A DNA stretch of 45,793 bases from an uncultured delta proteobacterium (GTDB lineage: Bacteria; Desulfobacterota; Binatia; Bin18): the NCBI GenBank assembly GCA_963733195.1, contig CAVTCR010000027.1, positions 1-45,793 of the forward strand, given 5' to 3'. The translations under genes were made by a program, and so were the position numbers. The notes under the pieces are model-generated. The model saw only the letters and a list, made by a program, of their open reading frames with translations. It did no database searches and was not told the DNA's origin. Below are positions 1-9,862 of this stretch, piece after piece (the first letter of the stretch is position 1; each line of letters opens with the position of its first letter).

Positions 1-136
1 CGGTGGAGGATATTAGAGCTGCGGCGCTGTAGGTGAAAGCGCAACACGGAGCATGCGAGCGCTTTCCCAAGGGCGCATGGCGCCGAGTGGCGCGCCCGAG
101 CACAGGTCCTAAAAAGCTCGAGCACGCCGCGTGCCG

Positions 137-172
137 GTCAGCGGCTGGACGGCGCAGTCGCCAGCCGCTGAC
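137..172. terminator. GC-rich hairpin (12-bp perfect inverted repeat), possible terminator downstream of the minus-strand fusion gene
   Basis: GTCAGCGGCTGG (137-148) and CCAGCCGCTGAC (161-172), 16 nt past the stop at 189. No U-tract on the minus strand. Confidence 0.45.
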
Positions 173-188
173 GATGTTTTCCTTACCC

Positions 189-1539
189 TTATTTCAATCC
201 CGCCTGGCGTAGGGCAGTAAGAAAGCGCTCTACTACCGCCGGATCTCTGATGACGGTCCTCTGCCTCATGCCTGCCACAGAAAAATTGGGGCTGAGCTGC
301 AAGACCTCGGCTGCCTCGGCCCGCGCCTCCTCCGCTCGACCTAACTCACCGTAGAGGGCAGCCAATAGCAGATGAGCACCCAAATGAGTGGGATAACGGG
401 TGACAACTCTCTTAAAGGCGGCAATCGCCTCCTCATACCGCCCGGTCAAAGCATAGGCCAAGCCGACGGCGTATAAGTACCATCCCGATTACTAGGGTCG
501 AGGCGCATCGCTTTCTCCGCCAACCCCAGGGCTTCCCCCGGTTTCCCACGCAAGGGTCAGAACCTCGCTCGCAGATGTAGCTATCGGCATCATTGGGATC
601 GAGGGCGATGGCCTGCTCTGCCTCAGCAATCGCCTTGCTCATGCTGCCTTTCCCAGGCACACCTCACCCAATAATCTATGGGCCTCGGGCAAAGAACCCT
701 CCAGGGAAGCGCCTTTTGGGCCAGCGTAAATGCTCGCTCTAGGGTCTGGGGATCTTCATTCCATTGCCAGAACCACTCCATAGAGTACATTCCACCCCAG
801 TGACACGTATGCCTCGGCATACTGCGGGTCCAGCTCAATGGCTTTCTCAAACATCTGCCGCGCCTGGTCATTCGCTCCATGTGTGAGGCGACAGTGGTCT
901 CCATGTCCGCGCAAGAGGCAGTCATAGGCTGTCAAGTTATCCGTGGGGGGACGCCGTACACGCTGCTGTTCTGCTTGCCGACCTTCGCACTTAAAATTCG
1001 ACACGATCTGCTGGGTCATCTCATCTTGCAGGGCAAAGATGTCTTGCAGTTCCCGATCATAGCGCTCGGCCCACAGGTGATAGCCTGTCGAGGCATCGAC
1101 TAACTGTGCCGTGATCCGCACCCGGTGACCGGCCTTACGGACGCTCCTTCGAGGACATACCGCACTCCCAGCTCTTTGCTTACCTCTTGTACCTTTACTG
1201 CCTTGCCTTTGTATGTGAAGGCCGAATTGCGGGCGATGACAAACAGGCTGAGAACTTCGAGAGATCGGTGATAAGGTCGTCCGTGATCCCGTCGCTAAAA
1301 TACTCTTGTTCAGGGTCACTGCTCATGTTCACGAAGGGTAGCACGGCAATGGAAGGTTTATCGGGCAAGGCCAGTGCGGGGCCTTCTTCAGCGCTAACCC
1401 CGGGAGTGGAGTCCTCGCCTCCGGGCGCAGTGCTGTAGGCGTTTCGGCTTTGGTCCTTTCTTTGGTCTCTCTCTTGGCCCCCGCGCTTTGGGTCACTCTT
1501 CGCTTGCGTTTCCACTTCCCGGCCTTCGAGTGCCTCCAA
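189..1539 (-). CDS. TolB_N-like domain plus TPR repeats (C-terminal part of the large fusion protein; frameshifted)
   Basis: Fragments across frames: [96 protein letters not shown]...ALRQAGLK*. Confidence 0.85.
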
Positions 1540-4160
1540 TAGCGCCTTGCCTCTTGCAAGTCTTTCGTGTCAAACCCTTCGGTGAACCAATCATAGACCT
1601 CTGCCAGCATCTTGCGAGCTTCTTTCTTCTTGCCCTGATTTTGCCATAGTCGTGCGAGACTGGTCAACGCCCGTAGTTCCCAGGATTTGGCTTGCTGGCT
1701 GACGCGCGATGTCGATGGCTTTGCGGAAACATCTCTTTTGCTTCGACGTCTGGGTACTGAGTGTTAGGGACTGGGGGTGGAGATTTTCGATTTTTGCCTT
1801 TTGCATTTTGCCTTTTGATTTTTGCTTTTCTGTGTTAGTGTGAGTTCCCCCTTGAGACCGGTACAGTTCCGCCTCAAAAGCGTACGCTCCCCCAGCCTGG
1901 GCCACTGTCGTTAGAGCATCCTCCAGCGCACCCAACCCCGTTTCAACCTGGCCTGCTTTTCTAATACACCTCAATCAACACGGAAAGGTAGGCCGGCACG
2001 CTTCTAGCTCCTGTCTCCCATCATTCGGGAAAGCGGTTAGGCCTTGGTGCATCTTTGCGATCCCTTCTGGCCAACTTGCCCTGCTCGCTCATTACGAAGA
2101 CCCTTCTGGAAGGGAGACACCCCCAGACCAATCTCCAAAGTTCTTGCTCGCAAGCGAGTGTCATTCCTTCCTCGTTGGAGTTCCCGGGCCGCTTGTTGTT
2201 CCCCGCGCTTCCCAATAAACCTCAGAAAAGCCGTGATAAGGGCAAACAATAAGCTGTAGGGCTGAGAGAGCTCCCGGGCCAGCGCGAGCGCTTCTCTGTT
2301 TCGCTTCAGGCTTGGTCGGGATAGCCAAGCACGGTAGGACATCAGGCTACACTTAGACAAGCCGGCCACCCCCAGGATCCTAGCACCCACCGTACGATCG
2401 GCTGCCGCTGGGGATCATACAGGACGATGCTCTCTTCCAGGTGCGCTCGGGCTACTGAAATTCTCCTAAATTGTAAGGTAAATCCCAGTGGCTATGACGG
2501 GCCCACACAACGAACCGGGTCCTGCCCTCTTGTGGGAAGCGTTAGCAGCTGCTCCCCCAGTTCCTGCGCGGTCGGTAACTCCGCCCGCTTACTGATAAAC
2601 TGAACAAAGTCCACCTAATAAGGAAAAAGTTGAGGCGTTTCTCCTGATCTGCTGGCAGAGCTCCCGTGCTCGCACGTACGCGTATTCCACTTCCGCGGCG
2701 CATGGCCTTTTATGGGGGTGAGTGGACTGCCCAGCGCGATTTGCAGGCTAAGTTCTTGCTGGACACGTTCGGGAGTGTCCGGAAGGTCATTGTGAGAACT
2801 CCAACCCTCTGGTCAGATGACTGATTGCCTCCTGATAGCGCACTCCGCCGTGAGGGCATTCTTCCCCGCTTGCTGCAGATACTGAATAGCCCTGCGGTAT
2901 TCCCGTCCCCGCTCAAAGTGCACTGCCAACTCCGCCGCGATCTCTCCGGCCTGCGTGCCATAGGCCGCTTCCTCTCGTTCGCCGATCCGCCGATGTAGCC
3001 CCACCCGCGGCTCCCAGTCACCCGCTCGTACACCACCTCGTGATAGAGCGCGTGGATGAAACCATAGCGGGCCGCCACCGTCCCGTCCGGCCATTCCTCC
3101 GTCCCGCGCGCCCGTATCAATTGCTGCCGCCGCACTAAGCCCGCACACCGCTCTTCTACCTCACCCACCTCTGCGTCCACTCCCGCGGCCACAGCGGCCG
3201 CCGAGAACTCTGCCCCCGCCACACTCGCAGCTTCCACCACCCGCTGCTCCTCAGGACTCAACCGCTCAAGCTGCTGCTCCACCATCTGGCGCAGGCTCTG
3301 CGGGACCCCGACCACTACCTCTTCTATGTCTCCCTGCAGTTCCCACCAACCCTCCCGCTGCACGAGGCCCCCTGTGCCACCAAATACTCCACCACATTGA
3401 CCATGAAGAGCGGATTCCCCTCCGTGCGCTGGTAAGATCACCGCGCCAGGGCGGCCGGCAGCCGATGGGTGGCAAACCTCTCCGCGAGATACTGCAGCCA
3501 CGTCTCGCTCCCCGAGAAACCGTAACGCCAGCTCCTTACAGTACCCATGCAGTTGGAGTTCCTGCTTGATGGCCGGCAGCGGATGGCCCTTCATGCTCGC
3601 GTCCATCGGGCGGTAGGTGCCAACCACCAGCAACCGGGCCGGCTGGCGCCGCCGGGCCAGGAAGGAGAGCAAGTCCAGGGTCGAGACATCACTCCAGTGC
3701 AGGTCTTCCAGCCACAGGATCAGAGGTCTCATCGGCTGTCAGCGCTTCCACCGCCTCAGCCATCTCCCGCAGCATCCGCTCGCGCGTGACCCCTTGGGTC
3801 TTCCGTTGCAGCGTCTCTAGCTCTGTGGCACTGAGCAGTGAGGGCAACTGCACGAGCCAGGTCGGGGCATGTTGACTCAGGATCTCCACAAGGCGTTGAC
3901 CTTCTGGCTCCCGACAGAGCTGTCCCAGTGCCGTCAGCACTGGCAGGTAGGCTTCGCCTGCCCCATAGTGTTCGATGCACTGCCCAGAGCCGAGCCACAG
4001 CTCACTTGTGTAGCAGCCTGCGCCAGGAAGGCTTCGACGAGGGTAGTCTTGCCAATGCCTGGCTCCCCCGTGACGAACACCACTTGGCGTTCGCCCATTC
4101 AGAGCCCTCTCCAACCACCGGTGCAGTTGCGTCAGTTCAGTCTCACGACCAACGAGGCGG
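1540..4160 (-). CDS. STAND/AAA_16-type ATPase plus TPR-like helical region (middle of the fusion; frameshifted)
   Basis: [20 protein letters not shown], Walker [12 protein letters not shown] (~4045-4080), [17 protein letters not shown], Walker [22 protein letters not shown]-terminal [10 protein letters not shown]...[14 protein letters not shown]. Confidence 0.85.
1755..1832. repeat. Degenerate 7-mer tandem repeats in a coding linker
   Basis: TTTTGCC TTTTGCA TTTTGCC TTTTGAT TTTTGCT, next to GGGTACT/GAGTGTT/AGGGACT units. Confidence 0.75.
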
Positions 4161-4252
4161 AGTACGAAATGTGGAGTGCGGAATCCTGATGCTGGACCCG
4201 AGACTGTTCTGAGTTGCTGACTACTGAATTCTGACTACTGGTTACTGGTGGT
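4158..4252. repeat. Degenerate 7-mer tandem repeats in the cyclase-ATPase linker
   Basis: GAGTACG AAATGTG GAGTGCG..., then GCTGACT ACTGAAT TCTGACT ACTGGTT ACTGGTG. Confidence 0.65.
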
Positions 4253-4796
4253 GTAGAGGGAGTGGAGGCTCGGCACCCGGTACACCCGCACGGGCTTGGC
4301 AATATTCTTGACGACTTGCTCGCCAATGTACTCATACCCCAAGGCCAGTTTGTTCTCGACTTGATCATAGACCGTGCCCGAGATGCAGATGCCCCCCGGC
4401 TCCGCTAGGGCTTCCAGCCGCGCGGCAATGTTGACCCCATCTCCGTAGAGCTTCTCGCCCTCCACTATGACATCGCCCAGGTTAATCCCCATGCGAAACT
4501 CCATCCGGCGGGCGGACGGCAGCTCCGCGTTCCTGGTTTTCAGCTCTTGTTGGATCTCGACGGCGCAGCGCACCGCATCCACTACACTGGCAAACTCCGC
4601 CAGCATGTTGTCTCCCGGGAGCGTCCACCACCCGCCCCCGGTGCTGCTGAATGAGGCGGCGCATCACACCGTGATAGGCCGCCAGGGTACGAATCGTCGC
4701 TTCCTCATCGTCACCCATCAAGCGGCTGTAGCCGGCAACGTCCGCACTGAGGATCGCCGCCAGCTTGCGCGGCATTCTTGCTAAGCCTGCCGCCAC
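4235..4796 (-). CDS. Class III adenylate/guanylate cyclase domain (part of the fusion; frameshifted)
   Basis: RKLAAILSADVAGYSRLM, MLAEFASVVDAVRCA, RMGINLGDVIVEGEKLYGDGVNIAARLEALA. Metal-binding Asp and the N/R transition-state residues are present. Confidence 0.9.
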
Positions 4797-4901
4797 ACTC
4801 GACTGCTCGTTACGGTCTTCGGTCTGCGGTTGGGTGAGTGCACTGGCGTCCCCTGGGACAGGAATGGCTGCTTTCGGTCCGGCGGGGTGACACGCTCAGG
4901 T

Positions 4902-6031
4902 TCAGCGGAAGAGAGCTCGAGGGAGCGGCTGCGCGTTGTGTCCGGGCAGTAGCGAGGTCGTCGGATTGCCATACAGCATGTAGCTCGCCCACGTTAACCC
5001 TTGCCCCTGACTCTGCGTGAGCGTCGCTTGGCGGGCCTGCTGAAGAGATGCGCCCAGCGTCTGCCCTGCGGCCAGGCTGCGATAGAAGCTCAAGGCAAAC
5101 CCGACACTCTCCTCATCATGCACCACCCAAAACGTGCCAATATAGTTTTGTACCCCCGCCAGCAGAAACGCGCTGCCAATGCCAAACGCCTGCCCCTCAT
5201 ACCGATACCCACCCTCCCACGCCGCCGTGGTCCCGGCCTGACACGAGTTGGAGAACACTAACAGCGGCGGGCGGGTCAGTTTACTCAACTCCGCCGCCGT
5301 CAGGAGCCCTTCGTGCAACCGCCACCCACTCTTATGGGGTGCGGCCGGGTCGTACTCGCTGTGGCCGGCGAAGTGCACGACGTCATACTCTTGCAGCGCC
5401 GCTAACAGCGGCAGCTTGCGGATGTTCTTCCCGCCCAAGAGCGTCACTTTCACGCCCGCGATGTCCCCCAACAGCGTACAGAGCTGCTCCACTTCTCGGC
5501 TGGCCTGCGGCAGGCTCTCGGTCGGGTCGGCAATCAGGAGTACCTTGAGCGTGTCCCTCAACTGACTCGTGCAGTGCGTTTGCCGAGGAGCGGATAGCCG
5601 GTGATGACCTGCCGACCGATGCGAAACTTGGTAGCCAGAAAGTGTTCGCCGTCAAATCCCAATTCCCACGGCACCTGAATCAGGTGCTCATCCAAGCGCA
5701 AGTACAGATCACACGGCTCGGCCGTGCGCAGGCGGGTGCGGACGGGCTCCGTGAGGAGGTGGGAAAAGATCAACCCGCCAATCCGCCGCAACTCCTGGAC
5801 GACCCTCTCAGGTTCCCGGCCGGGAGGAGCCGTTTCCAGGGGAGCACGGATACGGCCATAGCCCGGCGTGGCGAGCTGACTCACCTCGGCGGCCAGTTCC
5901 TGGAGAAAGGCGTCATCGACCTGGGTCTCACTGCGGGGGATGAGCGAGCCGAGTTCCGCCACATCCACCAGGAGCATATCCCCCCGGCGCAAAATGGTGA
6001 GCGAGATCGGCGGCTGGGCAGTGAACGACAT
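4902..6031 (-). CDS. CHAT (caspase-like) protease domain protein; one frameshift near 5560; probably the N-terminus of the fusion
   Basis: LIQVPWELGFDGEHFL, VLLIADPTESLPQASREV, YDVVHFAGHS (catalytic His), LVFSNSCQAG (catalytic Cys), AFLLAGV..YIGTFW, WASYMLYGNP. ATG at 6031. Confidence 0.9.
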
Positions 6032-6056
6032 AGTCTGTTTGTAGCCCACAGGTAAG

Positions 6057-6280
6057 GTGCTGTCAACTCTCAGATCAAGGCTGCTGTATCTGGCGCGGTG
6101 GTATAGTGGCACTAGCTTGAAGGAGATCCTCTCCTCCTATTTCGGTACCCAGGATGGCTCGACAGTCAGTCATGGGGTGTGCCGGGCGGAACGACGGGTG
6201 AAGGAGGAGCGAGGCTTTCGCCAGCAGGTCGAGCAAGTCTTAGGCAGCTTGTCTTCTTCACATATTCAAGCCTGACCCTT
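6057..6280 (+). pseudogene. 3' remnant with a DnaA domain-IV-like HTH, as found at the C-terminus of Y1/IS200-like transposases
   Basis: LLYLARWYSGTSLKEI..YFGTQDGSTVSHG resembles YLAR..G.SL.EIG..FG.RDHSTV.H. No RBS or N-terminal part. Ends in ...TCAAGCCTGACCC. Confidence 0.5.
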
Positions 6281-6305
6281 TTCTTCGATGCTGACTTTCA
6301 GTCTC

Positions 6306-7487
6306 CTACCTCCGCAACACCGCCAAACTCCCATCGCCAAAATCTCCCCAGCCTGTGACTAATCCCACTTGCGCGTCTTTCACCTGTCGCTCACCGCATT
6401 GATGGCGGAGCTGCCGTGTCGCTTCCACGATATGATTCATTCCGCCGACATGCGCTTCGGAGTGCAGACCGCCATGTGTGTTGATAGGGATTTCCCCGCC
6501 CAACTCTACTCGTCCGCCTTTGACAAAGTCGCCTATCTCTCCTCGCTTACAAAATCCGAGAGCCTCAAGCTGTAACAGGACCACATAGGTAAAGCAGTCG
6601 TAGATCTGTAGGAAGTCGAGATCAGATAAGCTGATATCGGCCATTCGTAAGGCGTTGGGAGTCGCGAAGTTTAGGCCAATCACAAACGGATCAGGCCGCG
6701 CTGGAATATCATCAGCTGGATAGGGATGGCCCTCGGCAATACCTGATATATACACGGGGGTCTGTTTGAGGTCGCGAGCTCGTTCTTTGGACGAAATCAC
6801 GACAGCGCAAGCACCATCCGTTTCTAAACAACAATCGAAAAGACGAAATGGCTTCGAGATCCAGCGTGAATTCAAATAATCCTCCATCGTCAGGGGCCGG
6901 TTACGCATAAAGGCTCGGTCGTTCAGGTGCGAATGCTTACGCGAAGCCACGGCGATTGCACCAGTCGCCTCATCCGGGATGTGGTAGATCTCCTTGTGGC
7001 GTGTAGCGAGCCAGGCGTACCATTGTACTGGTACAGACGCGCCAAACGGCAGGTAGTACTCATTGATAGTTGTCATGAGGCTACCGAGTGCCCCTGAGAT
7101 CCCGTCTCCGGCGTCACTGCCAAGACTCCGCACTCGCGCACTGGAATAGCCTTTCCAGCCAAAGGGAACGAGGACATTCTTGGCGACACCACAGGCCACA
7201 GCTAATGCCGCACTCTGCAATGCAGTTAAAGAACTGGCACCACCCATGTGAACGGTGACAGAATAACGCAAATCTTCAACTCCTAAATTGGCAGCAAAAT
7301 GTTCAGCTGTTGCCGAAGGTGTCGGTGGGGGAATGATGCCATCAATGTCGTGCGGCGTGAGCCCTGCATCGGCGATGGCATTGACAGAGGCTTCGAGCAT
7401 CAAGGCGAGTTCTGATTTGTCTGTTCCTCGCGTGTGCGGGGTTTCTCCGACCCCAACAATACAAGCTTGATCTTTCAGTGTGTTCAT
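6306..7487 (-). CDS. Thiolase-superfamily protein, SCP-x/Ltp2-like, lacking the nucleophilic Cys
   Basis: ACIVGVGET, HMGGASS where thiolases have the catalytic Cys, LFDCCLETDGA, QIYDCFT, INTHGG. GGAG RBS before the ATG at 7487. Confidence 0.85.
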   Translation of the reverse strand: MNTLKDQACIVGVGETPHTRGTDKSELALMLEASVNAIADAGLTPHDIDGIIPPPTPSATAEHFAANLGVEDLRYSVTVHMGGASSLTALQSAALAVACGVAKNVLVPFGWKGYSSARVRSLGSDAGDGISGALGSLMTTINEYYLPFGASVPVQWYAWLATRHKEIYHIPDEATGAIAVASRKHSHLNDRAFMRNRPLTMEDYLNSRWISKPFRLFDCCLETDGACAVVISSKERARDLKQTPVYISGIAEGHPYPADDIPARPDPFVIGLNFATPNALRMADISLSDLDFLQIYDCFTYVVLLQLEALGFCKRGEIGDFVKGGRVELGGEIPINTHGGLHSEAHVGGMNHIVEATRQLRHQCGERQVKDAQVGLVTGWGDFGDGSLAVLRR

Positions 7488-7608
7488 TGCATTCTCCCAC
7501 CTTCGTGTCTGTAGTGAAGCGGATCGTACACTGGACAGTTGTGAGTTGTAAAGTTCAACACAACACGCTATTGCCACCACACCAGTACGACAGGGGAGGT
7601 TTATACTG

Positions 7609-8364
7609 ATGAATAGCAAAGCAAAGGGTCATGTATTGATAACCGGTGCCGTGGGTGGGCTTGGTACCGCAATGGTGCAACGGCTCCTCGTAGAGGGCTA
7701 CTCCATCGTTGCCTGTGATCGTCGCGAGGACACAGTGAGTGAATGGCTACAACAACTTCCAGCCCCTCACCGTGAGCGAGTACAATTCCAGCCCTTGGAT
7801 GTGTCTAAAGAAGAAATCGTGAACAGTTTCGCCGAAAAATTACACAATCAAGGCGTGCAAATTAGCTATTTGGTTAATAATGCCGGGATTCATGGTGCTG
7901 GCGGTCCGGCGAATACTGAGTCCCGTGTGTGGGAACGTACCCTCCGTGTCAATATTCATGGGACGTTCTACCTTACGCGGGCGTTCAGCCAAGGGATGAA
8001 AGACCGTGGGTTCGGGCGGATTGTCAATCTCGCTTCATTATCAGCGTATAACCCCTTGGGTGAACAAGCACCTTACGCTGCCGCGAAAGCTGCGATCACG
8101 GGGTATACACGTTCTGCTGCTCTCGACTTAGCGAGATATGGCGTCACAGTGAATGCAATCGCACCAGGGCTGATCCTTCACGATGGGCTCAAGGTGGTTT
8201 TCTCTGAAGACGACCTGACGCGTATGGCGAAGGATATCCCAGTCAAACGCCCGGGTAAGCCGGAGGAAATTGCTGCCACTGTTGCCTTTTTATTATCGGA
8301 CGATGCGGCATTTATCACTGGGCAAACTATTCATGTGAACGGCGGGAGCTATTTGCCAGGATAG
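7609..8364 (+). CDS. Short-chain dehydrogenase/reductase (FabG-like)
   Basis: TGAVGGLG, VNNAG, YAAAK, VNAIAPG, ITGQTIHVNGG; GGAGG RBS. Confidence 0.93.
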   Translation: MNSKAKGHVLITGAVGGLGTAMVQRLLVEGYSIVACDRREDTVSEWLQQLPAPHRERVQFQPLDVSKEEIVNSFAEKLHNQGVQISYLVNNAGIHGAGGPANTESRVWERTLRVNIHGTFYLTRAFSQGMKDRGFGRIVNLASLSAYNPLGEQAPYAAAKAAITGYTRSAALDLARYGVTVNAIAPGLILHDGLKVVFSEDDLTRMAKDIPVKRPGKPEEIAATVAFLLSDDAAFITGQTIHVNGGSYLPG

Positions 8365-8404
8365 AGCGTAACTCCGCTAAGTGGCTATGGTATGAGGATT
8401 TATC

Positions 8405-8692
8405 ATGATTCTTGAAGTCGCAACTCTCAATATCCGAGTCGGGCAGGAGACCGAATTTGAACGGGCATTTGCACAAGCTGCACCGATCATTGCCTCAATG
8501 AAAGGGTATGTGTTGCACGAGCTGCGACGTTGTATCGAAACACCTAATCGCTATATCCTCCTCGTGCAGTGGCAGACGCTCGAGGATCACACTGTTGGTT
8601 TTCGTGGCTCGCCAGAGTATCAAGAGTGGAGACGTTTGCTACACCACTTTTATGATCCATTTCCGACCGTAGAACATTTCACCAAAGTGTGA
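8405..8692 (+). CDS. Antibiotic biosynthesis monooxygenase (ABM) family protein
   Basis: MILEVA...FERAF...YILLVQWQTLEDHTVGFRGSPEYQEW...HHFYDPFPTVEHF. Confidence 0.9.
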   Translation: MILEVATLNIRVGQETEFERAFAQAAPIIASMKGYVLHELRRCIETPNRYILLVQWQTLEDHTVGFRGSPEYQEWRRLLHHFYDPFPTVEHFTKV

Positions 8693-8723
8693 GCAAGATC
8701 AACAAACAGAAAGGACATTGCTA

Positions 8724-9671
8724 ATGGAAATGCGTTCGATTGGAAACACCGACCTGAAGGCTAGTATCATTGGGCTGGGTTGTAATAACTTTGGCATGAC
8801 GATTGACCTTGAGGCGACACGTGCAGTGCTTAATACCGCGTTCGAGGTCGGGATCAATTTCTTTGACACTGCGGATATGTACGGTGGTACCAAATCCGAG
8901 ACCTTCATAGGGGAAATTCTTGGCCCTCGTCGTAAAGAGATTGTCCTTGCTACGAAATTTGGCGGTATGGCGAAAAACAGCAAGACCGGCGAGCGCTGGG
9001 GAGCCAAGGAATATATCACGAAGTGTATCGATGCCAGTCTCAAACGGTTACAAACCGATTATATCGACTTGTATCAGATGCATTATCCCGATCCGAATAC
9101 GCCGGTTGAAGAGACTCTTGGAGTACTCAACGACCTTGTTAAGCAAGGAAAGGTACGGGCGATCGGGCACTCTAATTTCACTGGGGCGCAAATTGATGAA
9201 TCTGCAGCACAAGCAAAAGCGAAAAGCACCGCTGCCTTCGTGACTGCCCAGAACGAATGGAGCTTGCTCAATCGTGCGGCCGAACAGGATGTGATTCCTG
9301 CCTGTGATCGGCAGCAGGTCGGACAACTCCCATACTTTCCCATTGCCAATGGCCTATTATCAGGTAAGTACCGACGCGGAGAAGCGTTGCCGCCTGGTAG
9401 TCGGCTGGACAAACTCGATTTTTTCAAAAGTTGGGCGAACGATGACAATTTCAACAAAATTGAAAAGCTGGAAGCGTTTGCTAAAAGTCGCAGCCGTTCG
9501 CTCTTGGAACTCGCCATGTCATGGCTTGCATCACAACCTTGTGTGACGTCGGTCATTGCCGGCGCGACCAAGTCAGAGCAAGTACGGTCGAATGCTGCGG
9601 CGGCGAGTTGGAGATTATCTGCTGCGGAGCTGGCGGAAGTGAACGCTCTCGTGCCAATTCCCACCGCCTAA
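8724..9671 (+). CDS. Aldo/keto reductase
   Basis: GLGCNNFG, FFDTADMYG, LATKFG, LKRLQTDYIDLYQMH, GKVRAIGHSN; AAGGA RBS. Confidence 0.93.
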   Translation: MEMRSIGNTDLKASIIGLGCNNFGMTIDLEATRAVLNTAFEVGINFFDTADMYGGTKSETFIGEILGPRRKEIVLATKFGGMAKNSKTGERWGAKEYITKCIDASLKRLQTDYIDLYQMHYPDPNTPVEETLGVLNDLVKQGKVRAIGHSNFTGAQIDESAAQAKAKSTAAFVTAQNEWSLLNRAAEQDVIPACDRQQVGQLPYFPIANGLLSGKYRRGEALPPGSRLDKLDFFKSWANDDNFNKIEKLEAFAKSRSRSLLELAMSWLASQPCVTSVIAGATKSEQVRSNAAAASWRLSAAELAEVNALVPIPTA

Positions 9672-9862
9672 TCTCGGTATGCTTCGGCCGGCACCACGAG
9701 GACAGGGCAAACGAGGAAAAGGGTCAAAGGCGAAAAGGAAGAGCGCGTTCACACTCGCCATTTCCCCTATTCCATCTGGGGAGGGACTTTCCCAGGAAAA
9801 ACTGGTACTTTTGGAGCGGCAAAGATATATTCAGTCGGCTTTAGCGAAGGAGGGTCAGACCT

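Noticed and set aside
4896-4904. In-frame TGA-ACC-TGA between CHAT and cyclase read as selenocysteine or stop-codon reassignment
   Set aside because: Many genes here end normally at TGA, the site is in a non-catalytic linker, and compensating indels in nearby C-runs explain it more simply.
4235-6031. CBASS or Pycsar assignment
   Set aside because: The cyclase is an ordinary class III type of a paralog-rich family, not a CD-NTase. No cyclic-nucleotide-binding TM/TIR effector is adjacent.
6057-6275. dnaA gene or replication origin
   Set aside because: Only a short domain-IV-like fragment; no AAA+ domain, dnaN or DnaA-box cluster.
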